Assembly (NCBI GenBank): GCA_052426225.1
Contig: JBNJNM010000010.1
Coordinates: forward strand, 310,001 to 374,000
Direction: 5' to 3'
Length of the DNA: 64,000 bases
Origin: Zancudomyces culisetae HAW-14-8
Lineage: Eukaryota; Fungi; Kickxellomycota
Shown here: positions 11,389 through 23,449 of the stretch, piece after piece
How the letters are laid out: every line of letters starts with the position of its first letter
How positions within the stretch are numbered: the first letter of the stretch is position 1
The notes under the pieces: generated by a model
Told to the model about the DNA's origin: nothing
The model's input: only the letters and a program-made list of their open reading frames with translations
The model's database searches: none
Translations under genes and position numbers: made by a program

Positions 11389-13598
11389 ATGGAGCTCGCA
11401 TCGCTGCTAGATTCGGTTCCATTACCAAAATACAAAGGTAAATTGTAATTCTTAACAATAATCGGATTCAAAAAAACGTTTGGTGTATTTTTTATTACAT
11501 TTACACAAAGGAAAGATATAAACCAATTGCCCACTTACTCAAATAGCTGCAGCAACCGAGCGAGAAAGAGATGCAATAATATACGAAGCGAGACTTCTTT
11601 TCAAGAAAATAATAGAAATTGAAACCAAAGAAACGGAATATGACCTTAAGGTAGGTGACTTTTATTTATTTATTTATTTTTCTTTTGATAGTTACGCCTT
11701 ATTGTACTGTACTCAAATGTCTTTGATAAAAATATAAATAAATAAATAGGATGATACAAATGTGAGAAAGCTATTCCTAGCTACAATTTATGCCGACAAT
11801 GAAGAAAACTGGTGGTGGTTGAACAGCGAAGTTTGTAATTTGGCTCAAGGTATTTAGTTTTTACCTTGTCACGATAGAGTATTCTATCGATATGATGAAT
11901 TTAGTAGAAAATGCATCCTATATTTATGAGCGTATAAATACATCTATATTTTTTGCTGCATAAATGTATTTTAGAGTGGTTGTTTATTCAAGGAAGCAAA
12001 TACCAGCGAACAAAAGAAACAGAGGAGAAAAAAAGTGGGTTTATTGGGTATTATTTTTCCAAGGTAGTAAAAAATCATATAAAACCGTACTTTCTAAACG
12101 TGGAAAGCAGAGAGGATAAAGTTAACGATAGATTTGTTCGCCAACTCAGCAAAGACGATGTTATTTTTGAGAACCAGGGGTGGAAAAACGAGAATTTTGG
12201 ATGCATTTCATCGTTCTTCTGGCTTCTCAAGAACATTAAGGTAGGCACGGTCGTCATTTTAGTACATAAATCTAGCAGTATCTGATTGTTTGGAAACTCT
12301 GTGTTGAGTTATTAACAATAGCTCAGTTGTTATAAATTATGAAAATAGAAAAAGGAGCTAGAGGAAAATATGATGCTATGTCTACCTGTAATTATGAAGC
12401 TAATAGATGATTTCGAAATAAAAAATAAAATAATCGGAACAAGGATGATGAAACTGGTTTGTGAAAAGGCAGATGTTGACACATTGATCAAGATGGGTGT
12501 ACTTGAGCTGTTTTATAAGGTTAGTGTGCGAGTGCATCATAAAAATATGTACAATTAATGTATTAACCCGCTTTTATACAATAGAATGCTGAAAAGCACC
12601 TAGTATTACGAAAGGACGATTTTGGCGACGAGCTTCTGGACGCAAATCTAGAGCTATGCGCCATCATTATTAAAATGATGCATGAATGCGGGTCTCAAGA
12701 GTATAACACCAAATTGTGGAACTTGACGTATATTGGAATTTTGCAAAATTTTGTATATTCTGGTGACAGGATAGCTACTCTCAAGGTGGTTGTCAGATAT
12801 ATAGGCATCATTAGCGAAATGCTGGGTGTGCAAATAGTCCGATACCTGAAGGTAGAACTCTTCTTTTCATGTATTTATTGAGGCTTGGGTTTATGTGAGA
12901 TATATGTTCTAAAGCTGTATACATCGTTGGATATGCGTTTTTTTTATGTTTCTAACTATGTGCTTGGTCGACTGAATAGCAATTATTAGGAGAGATAGTA
13001 ACAATCCTCAATCTAGAAATTTTGGGAATAGAGCTTGTTGCTGAACTCCAGCTTCTGGCACTGGTCTCATTAGAATCTCTCATTAAAAACGGAAAACCTA
13101 GGTAAGCACATTATTGACAAGAGATCAGTTTTTTTTTGGTTATACTCTTTTGTTTAGAAGGATGTGGATCAAGGTTATACTCAAAACTTGGACTAACACT
13201 CAGACTTATAATAATACCAGAGTCGGATACTATGCAAAGACGATCGTCGAGTCATTAATAACCTGTTGGGATTCTGCACATAATTTTACAAACGATAACA
13301 TGGAAGGTAAAAATAAATTCATTTGAAGATTTTTGTGCATAATCGCTTGTTTTTGACAGAATTTGTATATTTTATTTGCTAGTCGTATCCGAGCTGAAAA
13401 CAAAACTCAAAAGACTCCTAATGATGATGGTCGATGGCTATGAGGAAAAGGCAGTGGTAAGCATTATACTGGTGTTTATTCGCATCTGCACTCTAATAAG
13501 TTTCAGTTAATTAAACATATGCATATTTCTGATTACAGGATACTATCCACGAAGCCAAAACGAGGTTTCCCGAATCTCTCTCACAGCTGAATATTTAG
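11389..13598 (+). CDS. TTI2: Tti2-like HEAT-repeat protein (TTT complex), many short exons; internal boundaries approximate
   Basis: ATG at 11389 (MELASLLDSVPLPKYK|gt), successive GT-AG introns, exon LCLPVIMKLIDDFEIKNKIIG resembles the Tti2 'P.IL.LLDD...K..G' motif; last exon ends ...LSQLNI* at 13598. Confidence 0.62.
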
Positions 13599-13974
13599 AT
13601 CCTTGCCGTTTTTTGCAGCTTTTGTGGGTATGTATATGAGTAATTGTGAGTATACACCTCCAGTAAAATCAAGTATCGAGCCTTATCCAAATTTTCTGAG
13701 AGTGTGAGAACTGTATACATTTACTAACTAAATGTTGGTTTTTAGGGGGGGGATAGTTTTTGTTAAAATAGAGGCCATACGCTTTGGAGAGGGTGGCTTT
13801 CAAATGTCCCAACAGAAAAAAACCACAGAAAAACAAGATCTTATCAATTCATCGTTTTATTAGAACACACTAGATATACTGCTCTGTATATTTGCAAGTG
13901 TGTTGTACTAAAGTAAATAGAGGGCATAAAAAATACAACTACATTATTTTTATCACAAAGCACTGTAGATATTA

Positions 13975-15068
13975 TTAAAGTGCCCAAAGCTCAAGTGATT
14001 TTATTGAGAATTTTGCATCAGTTACTCCTCCGCCATCCTGGATGCACAGCGCCTCGTTGTTAAAAGTGGGGCAGGTGGTGGACCTTCCGTTGAGTAGATC
14101 GCTTTGAAACCACAGTCCAAAGCACCCCTCCCTACAACATCACGAAAACAAGAGATAAGTAGTCAGAAATAAAAAAACACAATGGTAGTATAACCCCAGG
14201 GGGGTTTTGATTTCTTACCCTCCACCAATTGCAACAAAGCTGGGATCGCATAAAATGAAATAATCATCCTTTTTGGTATGCGTGAATGTTTTTACAGATA
14301 GATGACCCTGTGCGTTGTTTACTTTCCATAAAAAACTGGTGCATATATCAAGTATTGAAAGGGGTAGGGTTAGCTGTGTGTAATGTCTTTCAAGAATAAG
14401 TTTTAAAAAAAGAGCAGAGCAATAAAGTCATCTTACCATGTACCATTTCCATAAAAGTTGGGCGATATCTTTAAAGACTCGTTTATAAAGGCACCAAAAA
14501 TCTAAAAAATTGAATTTTTGTTATTTTGTCTTGACCATGTATATTTCAAAAGTATAGAAAATGGCAGACAAGAGATAATAAAAGCGACTTTTTACATTAT
14601 TCCGCGTGTCTTTTATGGCTATTATCATTGGCCCCTTTTGTTCTGCACTTCGAAGCATGGTTTTGAGACTTATCCCATGCTGCTCTAGACTATAACTCAA
14701 CTCCCACCTGTTCTTTATTCGATATCTATTCGGAACTCTCTGGTTTATCTGGATTTAAGCGTTCAATATAGTGTAAATAGTCATTGTTAAAGGCCAGATC
14801 CATACATACCCAATACTCTCTTTATAAATTCAAGTTAATTGATACTGTTTGGTTAACAGCTTAAAAAGATGTAGTTCCAAGAAAACAATGAAGCGTAATA
14901 ATAACTAACCTGATCCGCTATCTCCTTGGTAATAACTGGTTCAACGTCTTTATTCCTACCAACCAATTCAACGTCGCTAGTTGATACGTCGGAAGTGCGT
15001 GTACGGCGGAACGTCCTACCTCCACATCTTTCGTGCTGCCCACACTCACCTGATTTTGTCTGGCTCAT
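13975..15068 (-). CDS. OXR1: Oxidation resistance protein 1 (TLDc domain), multi-exon
   Basis: Spliced exons read RWELSYSLEQHGISLKTM...IKDTRNN|IFGAF...FYGNGT...CDPSFVAIGG...STTCPTFNNEAL...ELWAL*, which are canonical TLDc motifs. Confidence 0.88.
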
Positions 15069-16240
15069 GCTTTAACAATCTGTGGCTCTTGTCTTTTTTT
15101 CTTTTGCTGTTGATTAAATCCAATTCTTTTGGCTGTATTCCCTGGGTTCTACTACTAATTTCTGGTACTTTTTTCCCTTTTAGTTTTTACTCGTCAATAA
15201 GAGAGTAATGCAAACAAAATGAGTTTAAAAGCGCTATATGTTGCGGATATAGATAGTAATATTATATACTAGCTAGCGTTTGTTTCAAACAAAGCTTTGA
15301 AGCCTCTAAAATTCAAAGTTGAATAAAGAGCCAGTTGCGACTTGGCTTTCCTTTTTTTTTGTCTAACATTAATTTTTAATTCCCGCTCTAAAACCGAAAA
15401 ATAGCCACATTCCATTCCCCATCTCTCTCCCATCCTGCTCTTCCTGAGAGCCGCATAACACCATAACAAAAATAGAACCCGTTTTGGTATTTATGTCTTG
15501 TACTCGCAAAGTCTATTGGCAAATCAAAAGAATCATAGTAAATTGCGTAAATTCTCCTCCTCTAAACATCAACCAATTACTACAATAGCAACTTCCTTAT
15601 ACTGTTCATGTTTAATTTGCTGCTATTTGCTGATTGATTTCAGAGGTTCTGTTTTCATCTATAAAAATTCTTAGCCGATTCATGTGAACAAAATGCCGGG
15701 TAGAAAAGGTATATCTTGATTGACATGTTCAGAAAGTAAAAATCTTATTTTCACCCCCAACTGAAATTTTACTTCCTTTATGGTATGAAGATGGAAATAC
15801 CAAAAGCAAGATGCAAAAAAAAAAACGGACATACATCATACAAAAAAGGAAAGCAGGCATTTATCTCCTATTTTGGACTTGTTGGCAAATAATGGCAACA
15901 TAAACCCAGAAAAAGTATAAAAAAAGGAGCAAAATGTTTGGAATATACAAGATTGTGTAAATAAAGTCAGTGGAAGGTTGTGAATGTTGAATGTTTTGAA
16001 TGTATTGCTAGTACACTGATAGAAAATACCCAAGAAAAATAAACAACTTAATATAGTGATAAAAAATGGGCAAAGGTAATGGCGGAGCAGGTACCTATAA
16101 TACATATTATCTCAGTCAATCCCAAATTCCATACACCGATAACATCTATTACCCGCACAGCCAAGTTAGCAGCTGCTTCTGTGCGCGTTTCGGTACTGTA
16201 ATATAATAGCATTTAACAAACTTCACAGTACCGATATATT

Positions 16241-17044
16241 CTAATAAATACACACTCCATTCGATAAAATACTCAAAGTCTCTACAATTGTCCCATCATT
16301 ATTGGATTTTGTAAATTTTTTAGTAGCTATTAGATCTCCCAAGAACCGATTTGCTGCGGTGTTCCATAACATACCACTTATCAAGCCTCTCAACGCGGTA
16401 TCTGGAATGGAATCTAGCTCCGAGGTTTTAGTCCCAAATCCCTGTAAAGCTACCACTCCTCCATCGTTCATTTGGGTACCACCTTCTAAACCAATACCAG
16501 TTATGTTCGATCTGTCCAAATCTTGAGGTAAAAACTGTTTTGAGATTTCACTGTTGAAACGAATAGTAAACAATACAATAGGGAATCTCGAGCTCATGGT
16601 AGCGGAAATCGCGCTTTTTGAATAGCCATTGGGGCAGGCCAGTACCCCCAACACGTCGCGGAAATCTTGTCTAGCCATCACACCTTCCCATTCTCTGACT
16701 ACTGAAGGACCTATTTTGGATTTTAAGTAGTTTTTTGCCTGCCCAACAATATGAAATTGAGCTTTATGTGGTAATTGTATAGGCCCTTGAAAATCAATTC
16801 CGTGATCATTTGCACCGCCAATCCTGGTTAGTTTTGCACCAAGTAGATTGATAGTTGATATAACAATATTCTCGTATAATGTCCCTAAAAATACCGTCGA
16901 CTGTCTTTTCTGTACAACTTCGCTTGACTCCTGTAACTCTTCAGTCTTTTCTTTTAGGTTAGAAGCAAATCTAACAGATCGGGATTTGATCCGGAAATCA
17001 ATTAGTAGTGACTGTGATCTCACCAATTTCTTTGTAAAGATCAT
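16241..17044 (-). CDS. RRG7: Required-for-respiratory-growth 7 (DUF2034, restriction-endonuclease-like fold), mitochondrial
   Basis: Motifs STVFLGTLYE, RIGGANDHGIDFQG, QAK, GPSVVREWEG and WNTAA; basic N-terminal presequence. Confidence 0.8.
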   Translation of the reverse strand: MIFTKKLVRSQSLLIDFRIKSRSVRFASNLKEKTEELQESSEVVQKRQSTVFLGTLYENIVISTINLLGAKLTRIGGANDHGIDFQGPIQLPHKAQFHIVGQAKNYLKSKIGPSVVREWEGVMARQDFRDVLGVLACPNGYSKSAISATMSSRFPIVLFTIRFNSEISKQFLPQDLDRSNITGIGLEGGTQMNDGGVVALQGFGTKTSELDSIPDTALRGLISGMLWNTAANRFLGDLIATKKFTKSNNDGTIVETLSILSNGVCIY

Positions 17045-17731
17045 TTATTTATATCTATTATTCTCCTATCTTTGTGGTTTGATTAAATCTATCTTTTTCT
17101 GCTCGTGCGATTGAGTGGCAAATGCAAATCTAAAAAATAGAAAGGGTCGTTATGCATGCAAATATTTTATCCGAAATTCGTTTTGATTTGCATGCTCTTT
17201 TGTCCAAATGGTGTCGTTTTGAAGAAGGGTATAACAAAAAAAAATAAGAATTCTTTTCACCTTGTTCTAAAACTAGAAATGATTTATCTGAATCAAATGT
17301 TCTTGCTATTAATTTAAGCAGTTTAAAAATTTTGTGCTTTCAGTGTAGCAAAGTTCAACTGCAAATATAAGCGAGTTCCAACCAACCAATGGTATTAATA
17401 CCAAAAAAAATAAAAGTAATAATGTAAATTATTCCTGCAAATCACAATTCAAGAAAAACAAACTCATAAACAACAGACTTGGCAATCTTGCCAATAGATT
17501 CCCTAGAATTTGCACCAAATAAACACCCATGTATTTTCAAGCTCTAACCAGCAATGCTGAAAGCTGGTTAGTAATTTGTAAGGACAGGACTTGTCAGGCA
17601 GGACAGGGGGTCTTGTTCATCTTTTCACCTTTTCTTCCATTAAGCTTTACTTGTGTGTTAGTGATAAAGAATGACAAATGTACTGATAACAGTGTTAAAC
17701 AAATAAACAAAAAATAAAGGAGGTATGCAAA

Positions 17732-19250
17732 TCAAAGGTCTTCATCGTCCATATCATCATCAGCGCCCTCAGCATATTGTACAGCCTCATCAAACAATTC
17801 TTTAGGAACTCTTGAAAAAACATAGTTCGATTCCGGACAAATCCAAGCCAGCTCAAGCTCAAAAATGCTGTCTTTGGAATTGTCGTGGACGGTATATATA
17901 ATCCGAGCAGCCTCCTTTGCTAACTGTGTCATAGAAAGGTTATCCAAGTCTAGTTTCTCCATTTCTGTTTTTGCCAATTGTTTGGCTTTTCCAGCAGCAC
18001 AAGCTTTGTATCCCTAAAATTACACATTTTTAGTTTTAGTTTATTTTTTTATCAAGATATCTGTGTTTTATACACAAAATAACAACTGTGGTATCGCTAT
18101 AGATTGATTGTCCTGCTACAATAATAGCCTATATTCAAGCGAAAAGAAAGTTCATTTTCATTGCAGAAACGAGTCGAAACTTACATAATAAGCACCTGAT
18201 GTCTCAAACATATAGAGGTGGGGAGTTGTTCCTTCCATACAAGCCATAATTGGGGATGCACCAAACGGTCTAACCGAAGAGTACAATGTATAGGCTTGAA
18301 TGAACATACCTAGTCTCTCAGCAAGTTGCTATTTGTCCGTATATATGTAAAGTTAGCTAATTGCTAAATAAAGTTGATTTTATATGGAATGTTGGCTATC
18401 ATTCTATTAATATCTGGTGTACCTTTGGTGGCATTTGGACTTGGTATATATTCTGGAAGCTGAGAACCTCTTCACGGGCTCTACTAACCAATTGTTTAAC
18501 ATCTGGGATCCAGCCTGTTCCAACCTATTATTTTGATGAATATATCCTGTATCAATAAGATGTACTTTATGGAAAACAGATTGGGTATAGGGAAAAGAGT
18601 CCAAACGATATTTAGAATCGGATTTCCGTCTAGAAAATTTGGGATTCATCTGAGCAACAAAAGAATAATAATAGGAAGAAAAACGAGTAGGAAACGAATT
18701 TATTACCATTCCAACTTGCTTGTTAACGATCATTGTTCGTCGGTTTGAACTAGGAATCTCCAACTTTGTCGGAATGATTCGTTCAGCAGCCAAAATTATC
18801 CCATTTTTGGTTTTTATTCCAATCACCGTTCTGTTTATGAAAATGTCAAGCAATCACGAATCGTTATTTTATTCACAAAATAAAATAGTTTTCAAGAAGA
18901 TAACTTATAGATAGAAGCCCTTACCCGCTATTGTCGACGGCCTTTTCGGCATATTCCACTTGAAAGATTCTACCATCTGGAGAGTATGTGCTAACTGAAA
19001 AATCGTACTATTTTATTTTCAAGTTAAATAATGACAATCAATATATAGTTTTTCTACTGAATACAACAAATCCCCGTATACGTGTATTAAACGGAAATGA
19101 ATCTTTGCCCTGTAATAGCCAGAAAAGTGCAGTTGTTGTAATTGTTGCCGGTTTTTTACTTGCTTTAGGAAAAAACATGAAATGTGTGCAAAACATCAAT
19201 GCTTGAATAATAAACATCACAACACTTACTCCTGTTCCTACAGACGTCAT
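17732..19250 (-). CDS. PRE10: 20S proteasome subunit alpha-7 (PSMA3/PRE10), multi-exon
   Basis: MTSVGTG|YDFSVSTYSPDGRIFQVEYAEKAV, YTLYSSVRPFG, GKAKQLAKTEMEKL, ELELAW and an acidic tail. Confidence 0.95.
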
Positions 19251-19830
19251 TTTCTATATGTGTTCCTGTATTCCTGTTATTTATCCCTGCCTATATCCAA
19301 GTTGGCTATGTTTATATTTTTAATGTGTGTTATTGTAAATATTCAATTTTAAGACAAAAATTAAATTCAGCTTATTTCACTAAATTTCAATTTCAATTTC
19401 GTTTTTTTTTTGTATTCGTAAGCAGAAAGCAAAAAATTAAATCAAATTTTATAAAACCACTCACTCCCACAAAATCCTGGGCAAAAAATACAATCCAGCC
19501 AGTTTTCTTGGTTCAAGTGTTCAAACCAAGATTTACGGAAGAGAAGGGAGAGGTGGAATGAACCTACTTACTAAAGGATTACAGCTGGAATATAATTATG
19601 CATGTATATTCAAAAGAGTCGAGGAAACAACTTTGCCATTTTATACAATCCCAGTTTATAAAAGCAAAAGCAAAAGCAAAAGCTAAAGCAAACAAAAAAA
19701 AATCAATTCTATGTAATATGGGGGCTACATCAAAATTTTGTATAAAAAAAAAGAGCAAGACGAGTATAGTTGTTGATATTTACAAATGAGTACAAGAATT
19801 AAATAGAGGGAACAAAAAAACATCAGTCAA

Positions 19831-20298
19831 TTATTTTGATTGATCTACAAGTTCCAATTTCTCGTTATAACCATGGGTTTTCAAATCCTTCCAGGTTTCG
19901 TCACAATCACCAGCCATGGTTTGTAATGCATATAGTTCTATAAACCCAGCCAAAGTTAGATTTCCGCTGTCATCGGTATCCAGATTTAGTTTAATTTCGT
20001 TGATTTCCTCGTCTGTAAAAGACGTGCCGTTGGTAAAAATTGCGAAATTATCAAGTTCTACAGGATTCAGTGCCTTATCGCCATCTTTATCGTACCGAGA
20101 AAAGATTTCGGTTAGTGCTAGCATTAGCTTTTCGGAGATATCGGATCCATCAGCAGCAAACAAAATATCAGTGCTTGTTTCGGTTGGGGACTGGGAAGAA
20201 TCTGTTTTTTCGTGAGAGGCTGTAGTGTTTTCTTTGGTATCGCTGGAGTCTACTTCTTTGGAAGCAACCTTTTCCTTGTTATTATCGTTCTTTGACAT
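19831..20298 (-). CDS. Small EF-hand calcium-binding protein
   Basis: Two EF-hand loops, DKDGDKALNPVE and DTDDSGNLTLAGF, and a C-terminal ETWKDL..HGY. Confidence 0.85.
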   Translation of the reverse strand: MSKNDNNKEKVASKEVDSSDTKENTTASHEKTDSSQSPTETSTDILFAADGSDISEKLMLALTEIFSRYDKDGDKALNPVELDNFAIFTNGTSFTDEEINEIKLNLDTDDSGNLTLAGFIELYALQTMAGDCDETWKDLKTHGYNEKLELVDQSK

Positions 20299-21068
20299 TT
20301 TGTTTGTGTTTTTATTTAATTTTATTTAATTGAATTATTATTCTAACTCTCAATAGAATATTTTGTTGAAATAAAATAAAAAAATTTTAAATTGGTTGAA
20401 TATTATGGTGTATTTACCACAGAAAAATAATCGTGCAATAAAATCACCAAACTCGTACTTGAAAAATTCTAATACAACAAAATTTAATTGATTATAAAAA
20501 GAGAAAGGGAAGGAAAAAGCGGTGGGTGAAGGGGAGAGGACGAGAGGAGAGAAAAGAATGAACAAGAATAAACCATTCATAGTATGACCCCAATACTCTG
20601 ATGGTACAACATTGTAATTGAACTCAATAAAAGCAATATATAGTAACTTTTGTTTTTGTTTTTGCTTTTATTTCATGATATTGATTGATATTTTGATAAA
20701 ATGAAGAATATCAAAGGTTACCAAAAGATGCTTTTATTATTATACATCTAGTGCTTTGTATATGATCTATAATAACCTGTAAATATTTGTTTATTTTTTT
20801 TCCTTGATTATTTTAGCCATTTCTGAATAGATTGTTTTATTCAAGTTGTAGGGAGATGTCGAAGGTATAGAAGGTATGGAAGGTGTAGAAGACGAGTTAA
20901 TGCTCTCCTATTACCAAAAGTATTAAAATATAAATAAATAACCCACACATTCATATATAATCAGAAATTTGGAAAAAATAATAGCAATAAGGAAAAGTGT
21001 AATAAAACTCTTCTAACAATATCCTCAATTTAAAAACAAATACATAGCCCAGACATTTGATTGATACC

Positions 21069-22607
21069 ATGTCTATGTCATCCGTTCTAGTTGATAATCT
21101 CGACGTATTCTCATTGGAAAAAGATAAGTACCATATCCTTGAAGAAAAGTCCACAGCATTTGAACATATTGCTTCGAGAATTGTATCAATAACTCAAGGC
21201 TGGCTTTATTTTGATCATCTTTCAACAACTACAAAATATGGTGGTCTGGGTATGGGTATAGGTATAGGTATAGGTATGAAAAATGATATCATTGTAGGTA
21301 AAGAAAGGATGATACGAATATCGGCAAAAATGGATAGTTTGAATGTCGAGTATGATTCAGCATGGCCAATAAAGCATAGTTTGGATAGGGAATTGATCAA
21401 CAACATTCATGGGAGATATATAACGATCAGAAGATATAGTCTGGTCACACTTTATCCATGTAAAGAATGGTACATAAAAAACAGTTTGTTTATAGTAAAG
21501 GGTGAAAGATATTTGAACAAGCCTTGGCTGAACCTTGGTAATGGTTCAGCTTTGGTTTTGGTTCCGAATAGTGAGAATGACAGCTCCTTGGTAACAAGAG
21601 GAGTAAAAGCATCAGCATTGAAAAATTCAAATCATAATGATAGTAATGATAGTAATGATAGCAGTGAAAACAATATGACTAGCCTTTCAATACCAATGAA
21701 AAAGTTTAAAGTAGGAAAAAATTTTACAATGGGCGGTTTTGGTAGGTATGGACCTAGGTATAAAGCCGAGTATTTTACGAGCAACAAAAGAATAAAAAAA
21801 GATAGTTGGGAACCAAAGTATATAAAAACAAGGAGTGTGTTGAAAATCGAGAATAGTACAAAATTTGGAATTGTGCCTTTTCGTTGTACTTTGGGAGAAA
21901 CGTTGAACAATAGTGGTAATACCACAGAATATCTTGTTAGTATTCATCCCGATGGGTATTGTGAGTGGAGTGGTAAGGGTTTGGTAGACAGGTTAAGAAC
22001 TGCAATTAGAAGGGATAATACCAAAATGGTCAGATTCTTGTTACAGAATCATCCCCAGCTGGATAGTCAATCGTGTTTTCTGGACGATATAATAAACGTC
22101 AACAATATTGAACTGTTAAAACTGTTGCTGGATCGATATCCCCAACTTGTTAATGCAAATTATTTGATTCTTCGTGCCGTACAAGCAAATAATCTCACAG
22201 CAACTAGATTATTGCTGTCACAAAAGACTATTTTTATAAGCGATTGTAAATATGGACTTGTATATTTAGCTTGTTACAACAATAATTTGGAGATGCTGAG
22301 GATATTACTATCAAGTGGTACAAAAGTAAAAGGAGGTAAATACAGTGGAATAGCCCAGAGTTGTAGGCACAACAATTTGGAAATGACATGGTTGTTACTT
22401 AAATATTCGCCAAGCTTGGTACTGAATAGCGATTGTGGAATCAGGGAGGCATATAACCATGAAAACATACAAATGATTAAATTGTTAATTCGGCATGGAG
22501 CTAACATTGGTTTATATACTGGGCTATTGTTGACACTGGCTTATGAACTAGATGACATTGAATTGATATCCATTTGCCATAAACATTATTGCACTTTTGT
22601 AAAATAA
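21069..22607 (+). CDS. Ankyrin-repeat protein with an uncharacterised N-terminal region
   Basis: Intronless. The C-terminal ~200 aa has about 6 ankyrin-like repeats (ACYNNNLEMLRILLSSG, AYNHENIQMIKLLIRHGAN). First ATG is at 21069; the ORF track starts at a TTG at 21057. Confidence 0.8.
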   Translation: MSMSSVLVDNLDVFSLEKDKYHILEEKSTAFEHIASRIVSITQGWLYFDHLSTTTKYGGLGMGIGIGIGMKNDIIVGKERMIRISAKMDSLNVEYDSAWPIKHSLDRELINNIHGRYITIRRYSLVTLYPCKEWYIKNSLFIVKGERYLNKPWLNLGNGSALVLVPNSENDSSLVTRGVKASALKNSNHNDSNDSNDSSENNMTSLSIPMKKFKVGKNFTMGGFGRYGPRYKAEYFTSNKRIKKDSWEPKYIKTRSVLKIENSTKFGIVPFRCTLGETLNNSGNTTEYLVSIHPDGYCEWSGKGLVDRLRTAIRRDNTKMVRFLLQNHPQLDSQSCFLDDIINVNNIELLKLLLDRYPQLVNANYLILRAVQANNLTATRLLLSQKTIFISDCKYGLVYLACYNNNLEMLRILLSSGTKVKGGKYSGIAQSCRHNNLEMTWLLLKYSPSLVLNSDCGIREAYNHENIQMIKLLIRHGANIGLYTGLLLTLAYELDDIELISICHKHYCTFVK

Positions 22608-22816
22608 AACTAAATTAGTAAATGGTCAATTACTAAAATTAAAGTTATTTTATGGGAGGTTTGATTTCAATATGGCTTTATTTTCCAACTTGTTCATTAA
22701 AAAAAAAACAATATATTTTCATTCTCATTTTCATAATTATTTCCGTTTCCGTTTTCGTTTTTTAATTTTGTTCTTCGTAGGTGATATACACATAATAAAA
22801 TAAAACAAGAATATAA

Positions 22817-23311
22817 ATGAAAATGCAGGAATTCGAAACCGAGAACCTAAACCTAAACCTAAATCCAAACGAAAACAATAAGGAAAATAAAATCGGAAAT
22901 AATGAAAACGAAAATAACGAAAGCGAACCCCAAGATTTCAACAAAGAACGGTTCCTCGTAGAACTAGAATTCGTCCAATGCCTTGCAAATCCTTGGTATA
23001 TCAACTATCTCGCACAACAAGCATACTTTGACCAACCCGAATTCCGCAATTACTGTGCATACCTTCTTTCGTACTGGTCAAAACCTGAATACTCTAAATA
23101 CATCATCTATCCAAATTGTCTGGCGTTTCTTGACCTCCTATGTAAAACTGACTCGTTTGCTGATGCTATGAAGTTGCGTGATGAAGCTACTCGGGTTCAT
23201 GAAATCCAGTATTATCATTGGGCTAACCAGCATCTTGGTACTGACAAAAGCAATAAACTCAAAGATGGTGATGACGAAGAAAATAAAGAAAAAGAAAAAG
23301 AAAAATCTTGA
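22817..23311 (+). CDS. MED31: Mediator subunit 31 (SOH1)
   Basis: RFLVELEFVQCLANPWYINYLAQ...YW.KPEYSKYIIYPNCL. Confidence 0.95.
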   Translation: MKMQEFETENLNLNLNPNENNKENKIGNNENENNESEPQDFNKERFLVELEFVQCLANPWYINYLAQQAYFDQPEFRNYCAYLLSYWSKPEYSKYIIYPNCLAFLDLLCKTDSFADAMKLRDEATRVHEIQYYHWANQHLGTDKSNKLKDGDDEENKEKEKEKS

Positions 23312-23449
23312 AGGAATAGCCTTCCTTTTATCCTTTTTAATACAATTATAGCATAAACTGTATATTTATTAATGATGTATGTTTTTTTTTATAAAAAAAA
23401 TATAATGTAAGAAATATAATGAAAAGTAATTATAAGAGAGTAAAAAAAA

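Noticed and set aside
15791-15892. Short ORF MEIPKARCKKKNGHTSYKKGKQ resembling the N-terminus of ribosomal protein eL42
   Set aside because: Similarity is limited to a Lys-rich patch, the zinc ligands and the rest of the protein are absent, and the ORF is only 33 codons.
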